The position numbers were made by a program, and so were the translations under genes. From positions 113 to 64,112 of the forward strand of contig JBGVAE010000093.1 of assembly GCA_045224215.1 (NCBI GenBank): a stretch of DNA of 64,000 nt. The letters are read 5' to 3'. The notes beneath the pieces were generated by a model that saw only the letters and a list, made by a program, of their open reading frames with translations, did no database searches and was not told where the DNA came from. The DNA is from Candidatus Cryptobacteroides sp. Its GTDB lineage: Bacteria; Bacteroidota; Bacteroidia; Bacteroidales; UBA932. Below are positions 46,028-56,993 of the stretch, piece after piece (the stretch's first letter is position 1; each line of letters begins with the position of its first letter).

Positions 46028-46743
46028 TTACGAGCGAAAGGGAGGGACGCCAGATTGATGACGATGTATCCCGTAAAGGCTATCAGGAGAACCAGCGACC
46101 AGTGCAAGCCTGCGATTGCAGTAACCAGGATACCCAGAAGGCCGATCACCACGAAAGCCACCCTTTTAACTATATCAACCCTGGAGGCTTCCTTCCCTCC
46201 TCCGAATTTCATCGAGAACATCGGAATCTCACTGATGAGCAATGCAGAGAGGATGATCGTGAGAGGGACGATGAAAAGAGGGCTGTCGCACCAACGGGAA
46301 ACCGGAGAAAGCGGCAGGGCGGCCGCGAAACAGGCCAGCGACCCGCAGACCATCGCACAAGCAGGAGTAGGCAGGCCGATGAAGGAATCATGCTGCCGCT
46401 CGTCCAGGTTGAACTTGGCAAGCCTGAGTGCAGAGAAAGCAGCTATGAGCAGAGGGAAGAATCTGAGTAGCTGTGACTGGGTTCCGAAGACGCAGTATAG
46501 CATCACTGAAGGAAGGACGCCGAAAGTGACCACGTCTGCCAGGGAATCCAACTCCTTGCCTATGTCGGAATATGCCTTCAGAAGCCTGGCGGAAAGTCCG
46601 TCGCAAAAATCGAAGGCTGCTCCGCAAAGCATCAGGATGAAAGCCGTCTCCAACTTGCCGTTCAAGGAGAATATCACCCCCAGAACTCCGCAGAGGAGGT
46701 TCATGGAGGTGATACTGTTAGGAATATGCTTCCGGAAGCCCAT
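46024..46743 (-). CDS. pssA: CDP-diacylglycerol--serine O-phosphatidyltransferase
   Basis: IPNSITSMNL, FDFCDGLSAR..SDIGKELDSLADVVTFG, ALRLAKFN, FIGLPTP. Confidence 0.9.
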   Translation of the reverse strand: MGFRKHIPNSITSMNLLCGVLGVIFSLNGKLETAFILMLCGAAFDFCDGLSARLLKAYSDIGKELDSLADVVTFGVLPSVMLYCVFGTQSQLLRFFPLLIAAFSALRLAKFNLDERQHDSFIGLPTPACAMVCGSLACFAAALPLSPVSRWCDSPLFIVPLTIILSALLISEIPMFSMKFGGGKEASRVDIVKRVAFVVIGLLGILVTAIAGLHWSLVLLIAFTGYIVINLASLPFARN

Positions 46744-47945
46744 TACTTGATGCCGAGCTTCTTCTTGATGTCCTTAGGAACTGCATCCTTGTGGACCATG
46801 ATATCGAGGGACTTTCCGCGGACGAAAGCATCGGAAGCGTACCAGATGCCCTTGTACTTGCCGGTCTCACCCCAGGAGTTCTTTACCATGAAGTAGGTGG
46901 TCCCGTTCTGGTCCTTCGCGATACCGTAGATGTGCATTCCGTGGTCGTCAGTCGTAGTCTTGTTGTCAAAGCCCTCCTGACGGTATTCCTGAGTCGGAAC
47001 GATCTCCTTAGGGAGTTCCTTGGCAGGAGCTTCCTTCTTCTCGACTTCCTTGCCTACCCAGTGTTCCTGGTCTGATCCGGCCTGAGGCTTCTTTGTCTCG
47101 TCAAGAAGGACTGCGAGTCCGTTCCTTGTGAAGCCCTTTTCGCTGACATCGGTTCCCCAAGCTGCGGTGTAACCGTTTTCGATTGCATTGTAGAGAACCT
47201 GCATGAACTCATCGATAGGAAGGTTGTAAGCCTCATCCCAGCGCCAGTTGTCGGATACCTCGATTGCAAACTTCGTGTAGAATGGGTGGTGGGTGAATGA
47301 AGTGATGGTAATGTAGTCGTCAGGGACGATCTTCATCGCATCCCTGTAGGTCTCAGGGGTATAGGTCTTGCCGTCGATCTCGAAAGACTCAGGGCACTCT
47401 CCGAGGAAGGTGTCGATGACGCCGTCAAAGCCCTTCTTCCAAGTGGTGGAAAGGGTTCCTTTCCTGGTGACGCCTGCGATAGCTTCGATGTAACCCTTGG
47501 CTGCGGCGTCCAGTTCTCCGTGGTTAGGAAGAGCCTGGATGCCAGGCATTGCCGACTGAGGGACGAGACCGTAGTCCTTGATGACATGGAGAACGTCGTC
47601 TGCCTCTGATCCTGCGCTGAAACCGAGTTTGCCATCCACGCGGATGTACTTGTCTGCCCTGTCCTTGTAAGAGTGGGAAACCACGAACATCTCGGAGAAA
47701 TCAGGATAAGCCGCCGCATCCTTGATCTTGTTGATACGGATAGCTTCGGACTCCAGGAAACTGATGGTGGAGAAGCACCAGCAGGTACCGGAACGGAACT
47801 GGTTCTTAATGGAGGTGATAGGGTTCTCCTTCACTACCGTGAACTGGTATTCAGGTTCCGGTGCAGGCTTCTGCTGAGGCTGAGCCGAAATCGACAAAGG
47901 AAGGATGACTGCAGCGAGAGCTGCCAGAATGATGTGTTTTTTCAT
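46743..47945 (-). CDS. pepC: Aminopeptidase C (peptidase C1B-like), secreted
   Basis: KNQFRSGTCWCFS, DDHGMHIYG, KNSWG catalytic blocks; signal peptide from ATG 47945. Confidence 0.9.
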   Translation of the reverse strand: MKKHIILAALAAVILPLSISAQPQQKPAPEPEYQFTVVKENPITSIKNQFRSGTCWCFSTISFLESEAIRINKIKDAAAYPDFSEMFVVSHSYKDRADKYIRVDGKLGFSAGSEADDVLHVIKDYGLVPQSAMPGIQALPNHGELDAAAKGYIEAIAGVTRKGTLSTTWKKGFDGVIDTFLGECPESFEIDGKTYTPETYRDAMKIVPDDYITITSFTHHPFYTKFAIEVSDNWRWDEAYNLPIDEFMQVLYNAIENGYTAAWGTDVSEKGFTRNGLAVLLDETKKPQAGSDQEHWVGKEVEKKEAPAKELPKEIVPTQEYRQEGFDNKTTTDDHGMHIYGIAKDQNGTTYFMVKNSWGETGKYKGIWYASDAFVRGKSLDIMVHKDAVPKDIKKKLGIK

Positions 47946-47971
47946 AAACTTGGAAGATTTGATATCGTTTT

Positions 47972-48511
47972 CTAATAATTTTCTGCCTTGAGCTGGAAAT
48001 ATTTCTGAGGATGCTTGCAGACCGGGCAAAGCTCTGGAGCCTTCTTTCCGATCACGATGTGGCCGCAGTTCGAGCACTCCCAGATAGCATCATCTTCGCT
48101 TGAGAACACGATTCCTTCACGCACATTCTCGAGAAGTTTCCTGTAGCGCTCTTCGTGAGCCTTCTCAATAGCTCCTACACCTTCGAAGAGGAAAGCGATC
48201 TGATCGAAGCCCTCTTCCCTGGCTGTCTTTGCGAAGCCGTCATACATGTCGGTCCACTCGAAGTTCTCGCCATCGGCTGCGTCAAGGAGATTCTCTTCAG
48301 TAGTAGGCATTTCTCCGCCGTGAAGAAGCTTGAACCAGATCTTGGCATGCTCTTTTTCGTTCTTAGCGGTCTCTTCGAAGAGCTTGCCGATCTGGACATA
48401 TCCGTCCTTCACCGCCCTCGATGCATAATACAGGTACTTGGTGTGAGCCTGACTCTCGCCCGCAAAAGCGGTGCGGAGATTCTGTTCGGTTTTTGATCCT
48501 TTGAGTTCCAT
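47972..48511 (-). CDS. rbr: Rubrerythrin
   Basis: [15 protein letters not shown] diiron motifs, WECSNCG..CPVC rubredoxin domain. Start 48511. Confidence 0.95.
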   Translation of the reverse strand: MELKGSKTEQNLRTAFAGESQAHTKYLYYASRAVKDGYVQIGKLFEETAKNEKEHAKIWFKLLHGGEMPTTEENLLDAADGENFEWTDMYDGFAKTAREEGFDQIAFLFEGVGAIEKAHEERYRKLLENVREGIVFSSEDDAIWECSNCGHIVIGKKAPELCPVCKHPQKYFQLKAENY

Positions 48512-48590
48512 ATCTACGTCGTTTATTACATTTCTCAATTTGACAAATATAAAGAAAAATATCTACTTTTGTGACCAGCTTGGAAGGAAT

Positions 48591-49388
48591 ATGTCAACTT
48601 CACCGAAAAAGAAGAAAAGAAGGAAGCAAAAGCCTCGCAAAGTGAAGGTGGGCGCATGGACTGCCGTAGCGATAGCGGCTGCCCTGCTGCTCCTGCCGCT
48701 CGTTTTCCATCACTGGGGCGGTGGCAATGCCGCCGAGGCAGGGGCAAAGGTTCCTTCCGGAAACTGGCGGTACGGGATCGACATTTCGCACAACAACGAA
48801 GGCAGGATCGTCTGGGACTCACTATTCGTCATGACAGACTCCAGGGGCCGGACCGTAAGGGATCCTTTCAAGGCCAAGGACATCAAACCTGTGAGTTTCG
48901 TCATCATCAAGGCCACGGAGGGAGCCAATTTCAAGGATAAGGATTTCAAGGATAACTGGAAGGCCGCAGGACGCTCCGGGTTGCGGCGCGGAGCGTATCA
49001 TTTCTTCCGCAGCTCGAAGGACGGAGAGCTCCAGGCCAAACATTTCATCAAAACAGTCGGTGAACTGCGGCACAAGGACCTTCCGCCAGTCCTCGACATC
49101 GAGACCATCCACGTCGGATGTTCGAAGGAATTGCTGAACCAAAGGGCCCTGCAATGGCTGAAGGTTGTCGAGAAGAGATACGGAAAGAAGCCGATAATAT
49201 ATGCCAGCGCCTCTTTCGTGAAGGATAACCTTTCCAGGGAAATCACCGACAATTACCCGATCTGGGTCGCACACTACGAAAAAGACAGGCCCGGCCTGGA
49301 AGGCTGGACCTGGTGGCAATTCACCGACAAGGCCGTGGTCAAGGGAGTCCCGGGCCGTGTCGATCTCAGCGTGATGAAAGTCGATTAA
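48591..49388 (+). CDS. GH25 muramidase with basic N-tail and membrane anchor
   Basis: YGIDISH, IKATEG, GAYHFF, PPVLDIE, WVAHY, WQFTD..G..GRVD. Start 48591 follows the -7 box at 48564-48571. Confidence 0.9.
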   Translation: MSTSPKKKKRRKQKPRKVKVGAWTAVAIAAALLLLPLVFHHWGGGNAAEAGAKVPSGNWRYGIDISHNNEGRIVWDSLFVMTDSRGRTVRDPFKAKDIKPVSFVIIKATEGANFKDKDFKDNWKAAGRSGLRRGAYHFFRSSKDGELQAKHFIKTVGELRHKDLPPVLDIETIHVGCSKELLNQRALQWLKVVEKRYGKKPIIYASASFVKDNLSREITDNYPIWVAHYEKDRPGLEGWTWWQFTDKAVVKGVPGRVDLSVMKVD

Positions 49389-50482
49389 GGCTTTTCGAAC
49401 GGGTGTCCAGGATCCCCGGTCCATCGATAAAGACGGACGCGGGAGTACTGAATGCCGCTATCCGGATCCTTTCCGTTCTCGGAGAAATAAAAAAGCCCGT
49501 TGCCCAGCGGGCACATTCCGGTGGTACCGTACTTGAACCTGGCTCCAAGGACAGGATTCGCTGAGGTTCCGATCACCGGATGCTTCGACGTGTCGTAATC
49601 AACCCCTTCAAGAGACCGTTTGACAGGCTTGGCCGTGATGTCGAACATATACATCCCGTGATTGGCGAAGCGCTCTTTCTTTCCCTTGTAGACAGCCATG
49701 ATCATCTTGCCGGAAGCTTTGTCATAAGCAAGGTTCTGCACGCCCCAGTTTGTGTTTCCCGTGAATACGAAAGTCTTGTCAAGAGGTTTCTTCGGCCCCT
49801 TGTCGTAGAAGTCTCCGAACTTCACCACGCCTGCATATTCGTTCAGGTCCTTGATGTCGTAGCGAAGGAGGACCTGGTAGTCATTGTCGTCGCGCAGGAC
49901 ATCACCATAGATTCCATAGGCAACGTAAAGATATTCCTTCCCGCCTTTCTTCCCGAGTTTCGGAGCGATGGTGACACCATCGATGCCCGAGCAGCCGTAG
50001 AGGTGCTCATATTCCCTTCCATCGCTGCCGAAGCCGGTCACATGGTAGTCCCTTGTGGCTTCCTTGACGCAGACGATCTTGAAGGCCTCGTTGTTTTCGG
50101 AGTCCATACCCATGGATGTCACCTTGTCCACGTCTATTATAGCTATGTAGAACATTGAGCGGCCCTTGGCGAAATCGGAAAGTCCCTGACCGATCACATC
50201 GTCCTTGCACTCGAGTGAAGCATAGACTTTCCTGTCCACAGGATTGAAGGTCATAGCTCCGAGATGTCCCTGGATGCGGTCTATAGATGCGATGACGTTA
50301 CCTTCCATATCGGTCTTGAGGAAACTCGTAGTGAAAGAGAGGTACATCAGGTCGGCCTGGGAGTCATAAGCAATTCCCTGGACATGGTTCTTGCCCCACT
50401 GAACATACAGTTCGGGAGTCTGTGCCATTGCGGATGAAAGTCCCGCAAACGACACAAGGATGGTGATAAGAATCCTTTTCAT
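49385..50482 (-). CDS. Secreted hypothetical protein (possible beta-propeller)
   Basis: Signal peptide; HVQGIAYD, GHLGAMTFN, SGIDGVT, GVQNLAYD repeated strand-like motifs; packed between co-oriented neighbours. Confidence 0.7.
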   Translation of the reverse strand: MKRILITILVSFAGLSSAMAQTPELYVQWGKNHVQGIAYDSQADLMYLSFTTSFLKTDMEGNVIASIDRIQGHLGAMTFNPVDRKVYASLECKDDVIGQGLSDFAKGRSMFYIAIIDVDKVTSMGMDSENNEAFKIVCVKEATRDYHVTGFGSDGREYEHLYGCSGIDGVTIAPKLGKKGGKEYLYVAYGIYGDVLRDDNDYQVLLRYDIKDLNEYAGVVKFGDFYDKGPKKPLDKTFVFTGNTNWGVQNLAYDKASGKMIMAVYKGKKERFANHGMYMFDITAKPVKRSLEGVDYDTSKHPVIGTSANPVLGARFKYGTTGMCPLGNGLFYFSENGKDPDSGIQYSRVRLYRWTGDPGHPFEKP

Positions 50483-51651
50483 ATCTGAAGTTGTTTAATT
50501 TCTTCGATCATCGCGCTTGCTACGGCAGCGGAAGCTCCGGCCCCTCCAAGGGATTCCCTGATTTCGCCGTAGCCATCAAGCATGGTACGGCGATACTCTT
50601 CGTCTTCAATCATCCTCCGTACCTCATGCAGGACATTATCCGGAGTGAAATATCCCTGAAGGAGCTCCCTGAAGCAATTCCTCTCCAAGATGAGGTTCCC
50701 GAGACTGACGTAACGCACTTTTATTATGCTTTTTGCTATCACATAATTCATCTCGGAGCCCTTGTAAGCCACAACCTGAGGGGTCCCGATTAGGGCACAT
50801 TCAAGGGATGCGGTACCGGAATTAACTACGGCGGCCACAGAATTGCGCATCACGGCATAACTCTCCCCGAAAAGTACGTGCACATATTCCCGACCTCCAA
50901 CGTACTTGGAATAATCCGACAGGGACCGAGATGGTGCGGCAGCAACAACAAACTGGAAACCAGAATATTCCGGCATCGCATGCATCCTGTCGGCAAATTC
51001 CATGAACACCGGCATCATCGAGCTGATCTCGCCTGTCCTGGAACCTGCCAGCAGTGCAATGGAAGGCTTGTCCGGGAGGCCGGTACGGGAGAGGAATTCC
51101 AACCTTGTCTCATGCAGGGCCGGTGAATTATCGATGGCATCCACGAGAGGATTCCCTTTGTAGATGAAATCCACTCCTCTCTCCCGGAAATACGGAATTT
51201 CGAACGGGAATATGATGAAAAGCTTGTCTACGTAAGCCTTGAGCTTCTTGACTCGACTCTCACGGGAAGCCCACACTTTAGGTGCTATGTAGTAGAAAAC
51301 CTTGAAACCGGCCTTGTGGGCGAATTCAGCTACCCGGAAATTGAATCCGGGATAGTCAATCAGGATGACAACGTCCGGATTCCAGGCCTGGATGTCTCTA
51401 GTACAGTCGGAAAAACGCTTCGCGAAAGCCCTCCAATGAAGGATGATCTGAGTGAAACCCATCACAGCCCCATCCTTGTAGTCACGCACGAGGCCTTTCC
51501 CTTCCTGGTGTTCATGGAACACCGCATCCATGAGTCCACCTCCCCAGAATCGTATGTCAGCATCCGGATCCTCGGAATACAACCCTCGCATCAGGTTGGA
51601 CCCGTGAAGGTCTCCGGAGGCCTCTCCCGCTATGATGTAATACTTCGCCAT
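50479..51651 (-). CDS. lpxB: Lipid-A-disaccharide synthase
   Basis: IAGEASGDLHG, IDYPGFN, YYIAPKVWA, IFPFE, GNPL, LLAGSR, SGTASLE. Confidence 0.95.
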   Translation of the reverse strand: MAKYYIIAGEASGDLHGSNLMRGLYSEDPDADIRFWGGGLMDAVFHEHQEGKGLVRDYKDGAVMGFTQIILHWRAFAKRFSDCTRDIQAWNPDVVILIDYPGFNFRVAEFAHKAGFKVFYYIAPKVWASRESRVKKLKAYVDKLFIIFPFEIPYFRERGVDFIYKGNPLVDAIDNSPALHETRLEFLSRTGLPDKPSIALLAGSRTGEISSMMPVFMEFADRMHAMPEYSGFQFVVAAAPSRSLSDYSKYVGGREYVHVLFGESYAVMRNSVAAVVNSGTASLECALIGTPQVVAYKGSEMNYVIAKSIIKVRYVSLGNLILERNCFRELLQGYFTPDNVLHEVRRMIEDEEYRRTMLDGYGEIRESLGGAGASAAVASAMIEEIKQLQI

Positions 51652-52472
51652 CAGAGATTGGTTTCCATGAGGCCTGAAAGACGGGAAAGCTCTACATAGT
51701 CGGTGCGGTCATATGTCTGCGGCACTATCGACACATAGCCGTCACGTATCGCATGATGGTCGGCTTCGATATCGGAGTCAGGAGCATCATCGACGAATTG
51801 CCCGCGCATGACGTAGAAGGCTTCACCTTCGTCTCCGTTATGGAAGCCGAATTCATCAACATCCATCGGGTCGAGTTCCTTGGTCCAGTGCCCGGCTCCC
51901 TGGTGGCAGACTCTAAGCCCTCTCACAGGGATGGATGAAGGAGGGAAATTGACGTTGTATGATATTCCGTGACGGTCAGGCCAGTTCTCCATAAGGCGTT
52001 CGAAAATCCTTGGGAAATATTTCACAACGGAAGAAAAGTCAGCATCCTCGCCATATTCGCAAAGTGAAACACCTATGGCCGGGATTCCGTTGATGGCAGC
52101 TTCCTCTGCGGCCCCCATGGTTCCAGAATAGTTCGTGGCGACTGAAGAATTCGCACCGTGGTTGATACCGCAGACCACGACATCGCAACGGCGGTCCGGA
52201 AGCACCTGGTCCAGAGCGAACTTAACGCAGCTGGCAGGGGTTCCGTTCACATATGCCCACGAAACCCCGTCCTTATCATCCAGCTTCTTGTAGGCTATGG
52301 CCTTGCTTCCCAATGTGAGTGCTACGGACATTCCTGACTGGTGAGTCTTCGGGGCAATCACCGTTATACGCCCGAACGGACGCATTATATCAACAAGTGT
52401 CCGGATGCCTTTTGAGGTGTATCCATCATCGTTGGTAATCAATATATCCAGGTCTTTGGTCATATCTGCCAT
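51651..52472 (-). CDS. surE: 5'/3'-nucleotidase SurE
   Basis: ILITNDDG, QSGMS, GTPASCV, GINHGAN, YSGTMGAA, NVNFP. Confidence 0.95.
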   Translation of the reverse strand: MADMTKDLDILITNDDGYTSKGIRTLVDIMRPFGRITVIAPKTHQSGMSVALTLGSKAIAYKKLDDKDGVSWAYVNGTPASCVKFALDQVLPDRRCDVVVCGINHGANSSVATNYSGTMGAAEEAAINGIPAIGVSLCEYGEDADFSSVVKYFPRIFERLMENWPDRHGISYNVNFPPSSIPVRGLRVCHQGAGHWTKELDPMDVDEFGFHNGDEGEAFYVMRGQFVDDAPDSDIEADHHAIRDGYVSIVPQTYDRTDYVELSRLSGLMETNL

Positions 52473-52584
52473 TTTTATTAAGCAAATATATATCAAATTC
52501 CGCATTTTTTTGGTAATTTTGCACCGCTTTTGCAGTAATGCCTGAGCGATTAGTTAGCAGATTGTATTTTAACTTATTTAATAA

Positions 52585-53589
<1,005 letters not shown>

Positions 53590-53619
53590 TAATCCGGATT
53601 TTTTTATATTTGCGATAGT

Positions 53620-53648
53620 AAGGCCAAGCCCGAAGGCTTGGCCTTTTT
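53620..53648 (+). terminator. Intrinsic terminator after gap
   Basis: AAGGCCAAGCC-CGAA-GGCTTGGCCTT followed by TTT. Confidence 0.85.
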
Positions 53649-53709
53649 GGGAATAATAAATGCAAATAACTGATATTTAAAGGCTTATCATCATTTTAAC
53701 TACTACATT

Positions 53710-54393
53710 ATGAAGAAAATTGTTCTTACATTCCTCTGCGCAGCAATGGTATTCTCAGGCTGTGCAAACATGAGCAAGACAGGTAAAGGTACCCTTCTGG
53801 GTTCCGGAGCAGGTGCAGCTATCGGTGCCGGTATCGGTGCAGCTATCGGTGATGGCAAGGGTGCAGCCATCGGTGCAGCTATCGGAACTGCAGTAGGTGC
53901 AGGTGCTGGTGCTATCATCGGAAAGAAGATGGACAAGAAGGCTGAGGAACTCGAGCAGCTCGAGAACGCCCAGATCGAGAAGGTCGAGGACCAGAACGGT
54001 CTCGAGGCCATCAAGGTCACCTTCAACAGCGGTATCCTCTTCGACACCAACAAGTCAGACCTCAAGCAGGCTTCCAAGAACGAGCTTTCCCAGTTCGCTG
54101 CAAAGATGCATGACATGCAGGACACTGACATCACCATCTACGGACACACCGACAACACCGGATCTGATGCTGTCAACGAGAGGCTGTCCAACGAGAGGGC
54201 TCAGTCAGTCGCCAACTACTTGAAGAACTGCGGTATCGCTACTTCACGCATGACCACTGAAGGCAAGTCTTACTCAATGCCTGTCGCAAGCAATGAGACA
54301 AAGGAAGGCAGGGCTCAGAACCGCCGCGTCGAGATCTACATCACAGCCAACGAGAAGATGATCGAGAAGGCTGAGAACGGAACCCTCGAATAG
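53710..54393 (+). CDS. OmpA family lipoprotein with glycine zipper
   Basis: Lipobox FSGC; GAAIG repeats; ILFDTNKS, YGHTDNTG, NERLSNERA, QNRRVEI. Confidence 0.92.
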   Translation: MKKIVLTFLCAAMVFSGCANMSKTGKGTLLGSGAGAAIGAGIGAAIGDGKGAAIGAAIGTAVGAGAGAIIGKKMDKKAEELEQLENAQIEKVEDQNGLEAIKVTFNSGILFDTNKSDLKQASKNELSQFAAKMHDMQDTDITIYGHTDNTGSDAVNERLSNERAQSVANYLKNCGIATSRMTTEGKSYSMPVASNETKEGRAQNRRVEIYITANEKMIEKAENGTLE

Positions 54394-54413
54394 TCTTTGA
54401 CCCAATGAAATGC

Positions 54414-54445
54414 AAAGAGGATGGCCCATATGACCATCCTCTTTT
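54414..54445. terminator. Bidirectional intrinsic terminator
   Basis: AAAGAGGATGG-N9-CCATCCTCTTT between convergent ompA and yggS. Confidence 0.85.
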
Positions 54446-54463
54446 CTTATATTCCTGCCTCAA

Positions 54464-55126
54464 TCAATAGATTCGGGGACCGAAAATGGCGGTGCCGATG
54501 CGGACGATGGTGGCACCATGACGGACGGCAATGGGCCAGTCGTCAGACATTCCGATGGAAAGTTCCTTGAAGTCCTTCAATGCCGGGAATATGTCGTCCA
54601 GCCGATGCTTGAAATCCTCAATTCGCTTGAAATCCGCCTCTATGACGGATTCGTCATCGGTGTTCGTAGCCATGCCCATAAGGCCGCAGAAACGTACATG
54701 GGGATAACAACCCTTACAGGCATTCCCGAGCACATCCACGATCTCACTTTCATGGAATCCTCCCTTGGTTACCTCGGCTCCAAGATGAAGCTCCAGCAAG
54801 ACGTTTACCGTCCTGTCATTGAGACTTCCCCAATTCTCGATGCTCTCCAGCAGATGGATTGAGTCGACAGACTCGACCAGCGATGCATAAGGCAAGACCA
54901 GTTTGAGCTTGTTTGTCTGCAAATGCCCGATGAAATGCCACTCAATGTCCTGTGGAAGTTGAAGAGCCTTTGAGGCGAATTCCTGCGGGCGGTTCTCTCC
55001 AAAAACTCTCTGTCCGGCCTGATAAGCAGAAAGGATTTCTTCGAACGGGTGGAATTTGGAAACTGCCACCAGTTTTACACCTGGCGGCAGCTCTCCGTAT
55101 ATTCTTTTAAGATTATCTTCTACCAT
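54464..55126 (-). CDS. yggS: PLP homeostasis protein (YggS family)
   Basis: LVAVSKFH, FGENRPQE, WHFIGHLQTNK, GLMGMA, LSIGMSDD, VRIGTAIFG. Confidence 0.95.
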   Translation of the reverse strand: MVEDNLKRIYGELPPGVKLVAVSKFHPFEEILSAYQAGQRVFGENRPQEFASKALQLPQDIEWHFIGHLQTNKLKLVLPYASLVESVDSIHLLESIENWGSLNDRTVNVLLELHLGAEVTKGGFHESEIVDVLGNACKGCYPHVRFCGLMGMATNTDDESVIEADFKRIEDFKHRLDDIFPALKDFKELSIGMSDDWPIAVRHGATIVRIGTAIFGPRIY

Positions 55127-56990
55127 TCTTCTTTGCCTGTTCTTTCTGCATCTGGGCCTGCATCTTCTGGGCTTCTTCCAGACGCTGCTGCCACTTGCTC
55201 TTCGGCTGCTTCTTGCCTTCAGTTGCCTTAAGCTTGGCCTGGATCTCCTCCGGATGAACGAACCATTTCTTGATCACCCATGTCTCGATCATCGTGATGA
55301 GGTTGGAAAGCAGGTAGTAGTAGCTCAATCCTGATGAAAGGTTGTTACAGATGAAGAACATCATGATCGGCATCATCCACACACTCATGAATCGCATGGA
55401 AGCCATCTGAGGATCGTTGCTTCCCGGCTGCGAGGCCGTCGTGAGCTTGGAATAGAAGAACATCGACACGGCCATCAGCAAGGCAAAGAGCGAGATATGG
55501 TCTCCGAGGAGAGGGATCCTGGTACCGAAATTCAGGATGGAATCATATGCACTGAGGTCCTCCGCCCAGAGGAAAGACTGCTGACGGAGCTCTATGGATG
55601 CAGGGAAGAACCTGAACATCGCCCACAGGATCGGGAACTGGAGCAACATAGGGAGACAACCACCCATAGGGCTGATGCCGGCCCTCTTGTAGAGGTCCAT
55701 CTGAGCCTGCTGTTTCTTCATCGCATCCTGCTCGCGAGGGTATTTCTCGTTCAGCTTGTCGATCTCAGGCTTTATGGCCTGCATCTTCGCAGATGAAGAA
55801 TATGACTTGTAAGCGAACGGGAGCACGACCAACTTGATGACGAGGGTCATAAGAAGTATGATCAATCCGAAGTTCGAGATGAACCTGTGAAGGAAATCGA
55901 AGAGCGGGATGATGACGTACTTAGTGAACCAACCTACGAGCCAGCCACCGAGAGGGATGATCTTCTCATACTTCTGGTCGAAGGACTTGAGGGTTCGGTA
56001 ATGGTTGGGACCGAAGTAGAATTCGAAAGGAACCGCAATCTCATGCTGGCCCGGCTGGAAATCCGCCCTCATCTTGGCCTGGCATGCCATCAAGTCATGG
56101 CTCTCATCGTCTTCCGGAATGAACTTGAGGTCGAAATCAGCAGAAGAGAATTCTTTCTGTGCCCTCATGATGTAAGAGAAGAACTGCTGCTGGAAAGCGA
56201 ACCAGGAAACCCTGTTGTCAACTCTCTTCGAAGCATTCCTTCCCCTACCCATCTCCACTGGCTTCTTCTCACCGGTGAAGTAGTAGTCCATCTTGGAATA
56301 TTGGACTTCGTTCTTGTAGCCCTTCTCCATCCTCGGCATCGTTACGAAGCAATCGATGTCGAATGAGAATACATTCTTCGGGATTATATCCTCCATTCCG
56401 ATGAAGGACAAGGTGTTCTTCACGGCATAAGACCCATCCTCGATTGAATAGCGCTGCTCGATATAGCCGCCTCCGGCGAAAGGAAGACGCATGGACAGTG
56501 AGCTGTCTGTCTTCTCTGCGACTGTGAAGTTAAAGTCGGAAGTATTGATGTTCTCGCCTGCGTAGATCTGGATCCCGAGATGTGCATCTCCAGGTTCGAA
56601 GATGTAAAGGTCGTCTCCGCCATACTTCTTGTAGTCCTTGATCAGGACGGAATATGGCTGAGCACCCTTGGTGGTGAAAGCCACTTCGAACTTGTCGTTG
56701 GAAAGAGTGACTATCTCGCCTTCAGCATCATGTGCCTTGCCGAGCAAGGAGTCTTTGTACACCGGGACGGCGGCCGCCGGAGCAATTGCCAGGGAGTCCG
56801 TCACGGTAGTGTCCCTTAGAGCAGCCTCGGCAGCAGCTATGGAATCTGCACGGAAACGCTCGACGGCAGCTATCGAGTCGAGCTGAGCCTGGAATTCCTG
56901 CTGTTTCTGGTACTGTTTGTTCTGGTAGAAGGTAAACCCGAAGAGGAGAAGCCCCATCAGGATTATACCTGTCAAAGTGTTTCTATCCAT
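55113..56990 (-). CDS. yidC: Membrane protein insertase YidC
   Basis: N-terminal TM, periplasmic domain, FGLIILLMTLVIKL, GGCLPMLLQFPIL, FLWAEDLS, GLSYYY. Confidence 0.95.
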   Translation of the reverse strand: MDRNTLTGIILMGLLLFGFTFYQNKQYQKQQEFQAQLDSIAAVERFRADSIAAAEAALRDTTVTDSLAIAPAAAVPVYKDSLLGKAHDAEGEIVTLSNDKFEVAFTTKGAQPYSVLIKDYKKYGGDDLYIFEPGDAHLGIQIYAGENINTSDFNFTVAEKTDSSLSMRLPFAGGGYIEQRYSIEDGSYAVKNTLSFIGMEDIIPKNVFSFDIDCFVTMPRMEKGYKNEVQYSKMDYYFTGEKKPVEMGRGRNASKRVDNRVSWFAFQQQFFSYIMRAQKEFSSADFDLKFIPEDDESHDLMACQAKMRADFQPGQHEIAVPFEFYFGPNHYRTLKSFDQKYEKIIPLGGWLVGWFTKYVIIPLFDFLHRFISNFGLIILLMTLVIKLVVLPFAYKSYSSSAKMQAIKPEIDKLNEKYPREQDAMKKQQAQMDLYKRAGISPMGGCLPMLLQFPILWAMFRFFPASIELRQQSFLWAEDLSAYDSILNFGTRIPLLGDHISLFALLMAVSMFFYSKLTTASQPGSNDPQMASMRFMSVWMMPIMMFFICNNLSSGLSYYYLLSNLITMIETWVIKKWFVHPEEIQAKLKATEGKKQPKSKWQQRLEEAQKMQAQMQKEQAKKNGRR

Positions 56991-56993
56991 CCT

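Noticed and set aside
53808-53915. GGTGCAGCTATCGG tandem-like repeats
   Set aside because: Explained by the GAAIG glycine zipper of the OmpA lipoprotein; not a CRISPR array (no unique spacers, in frame).
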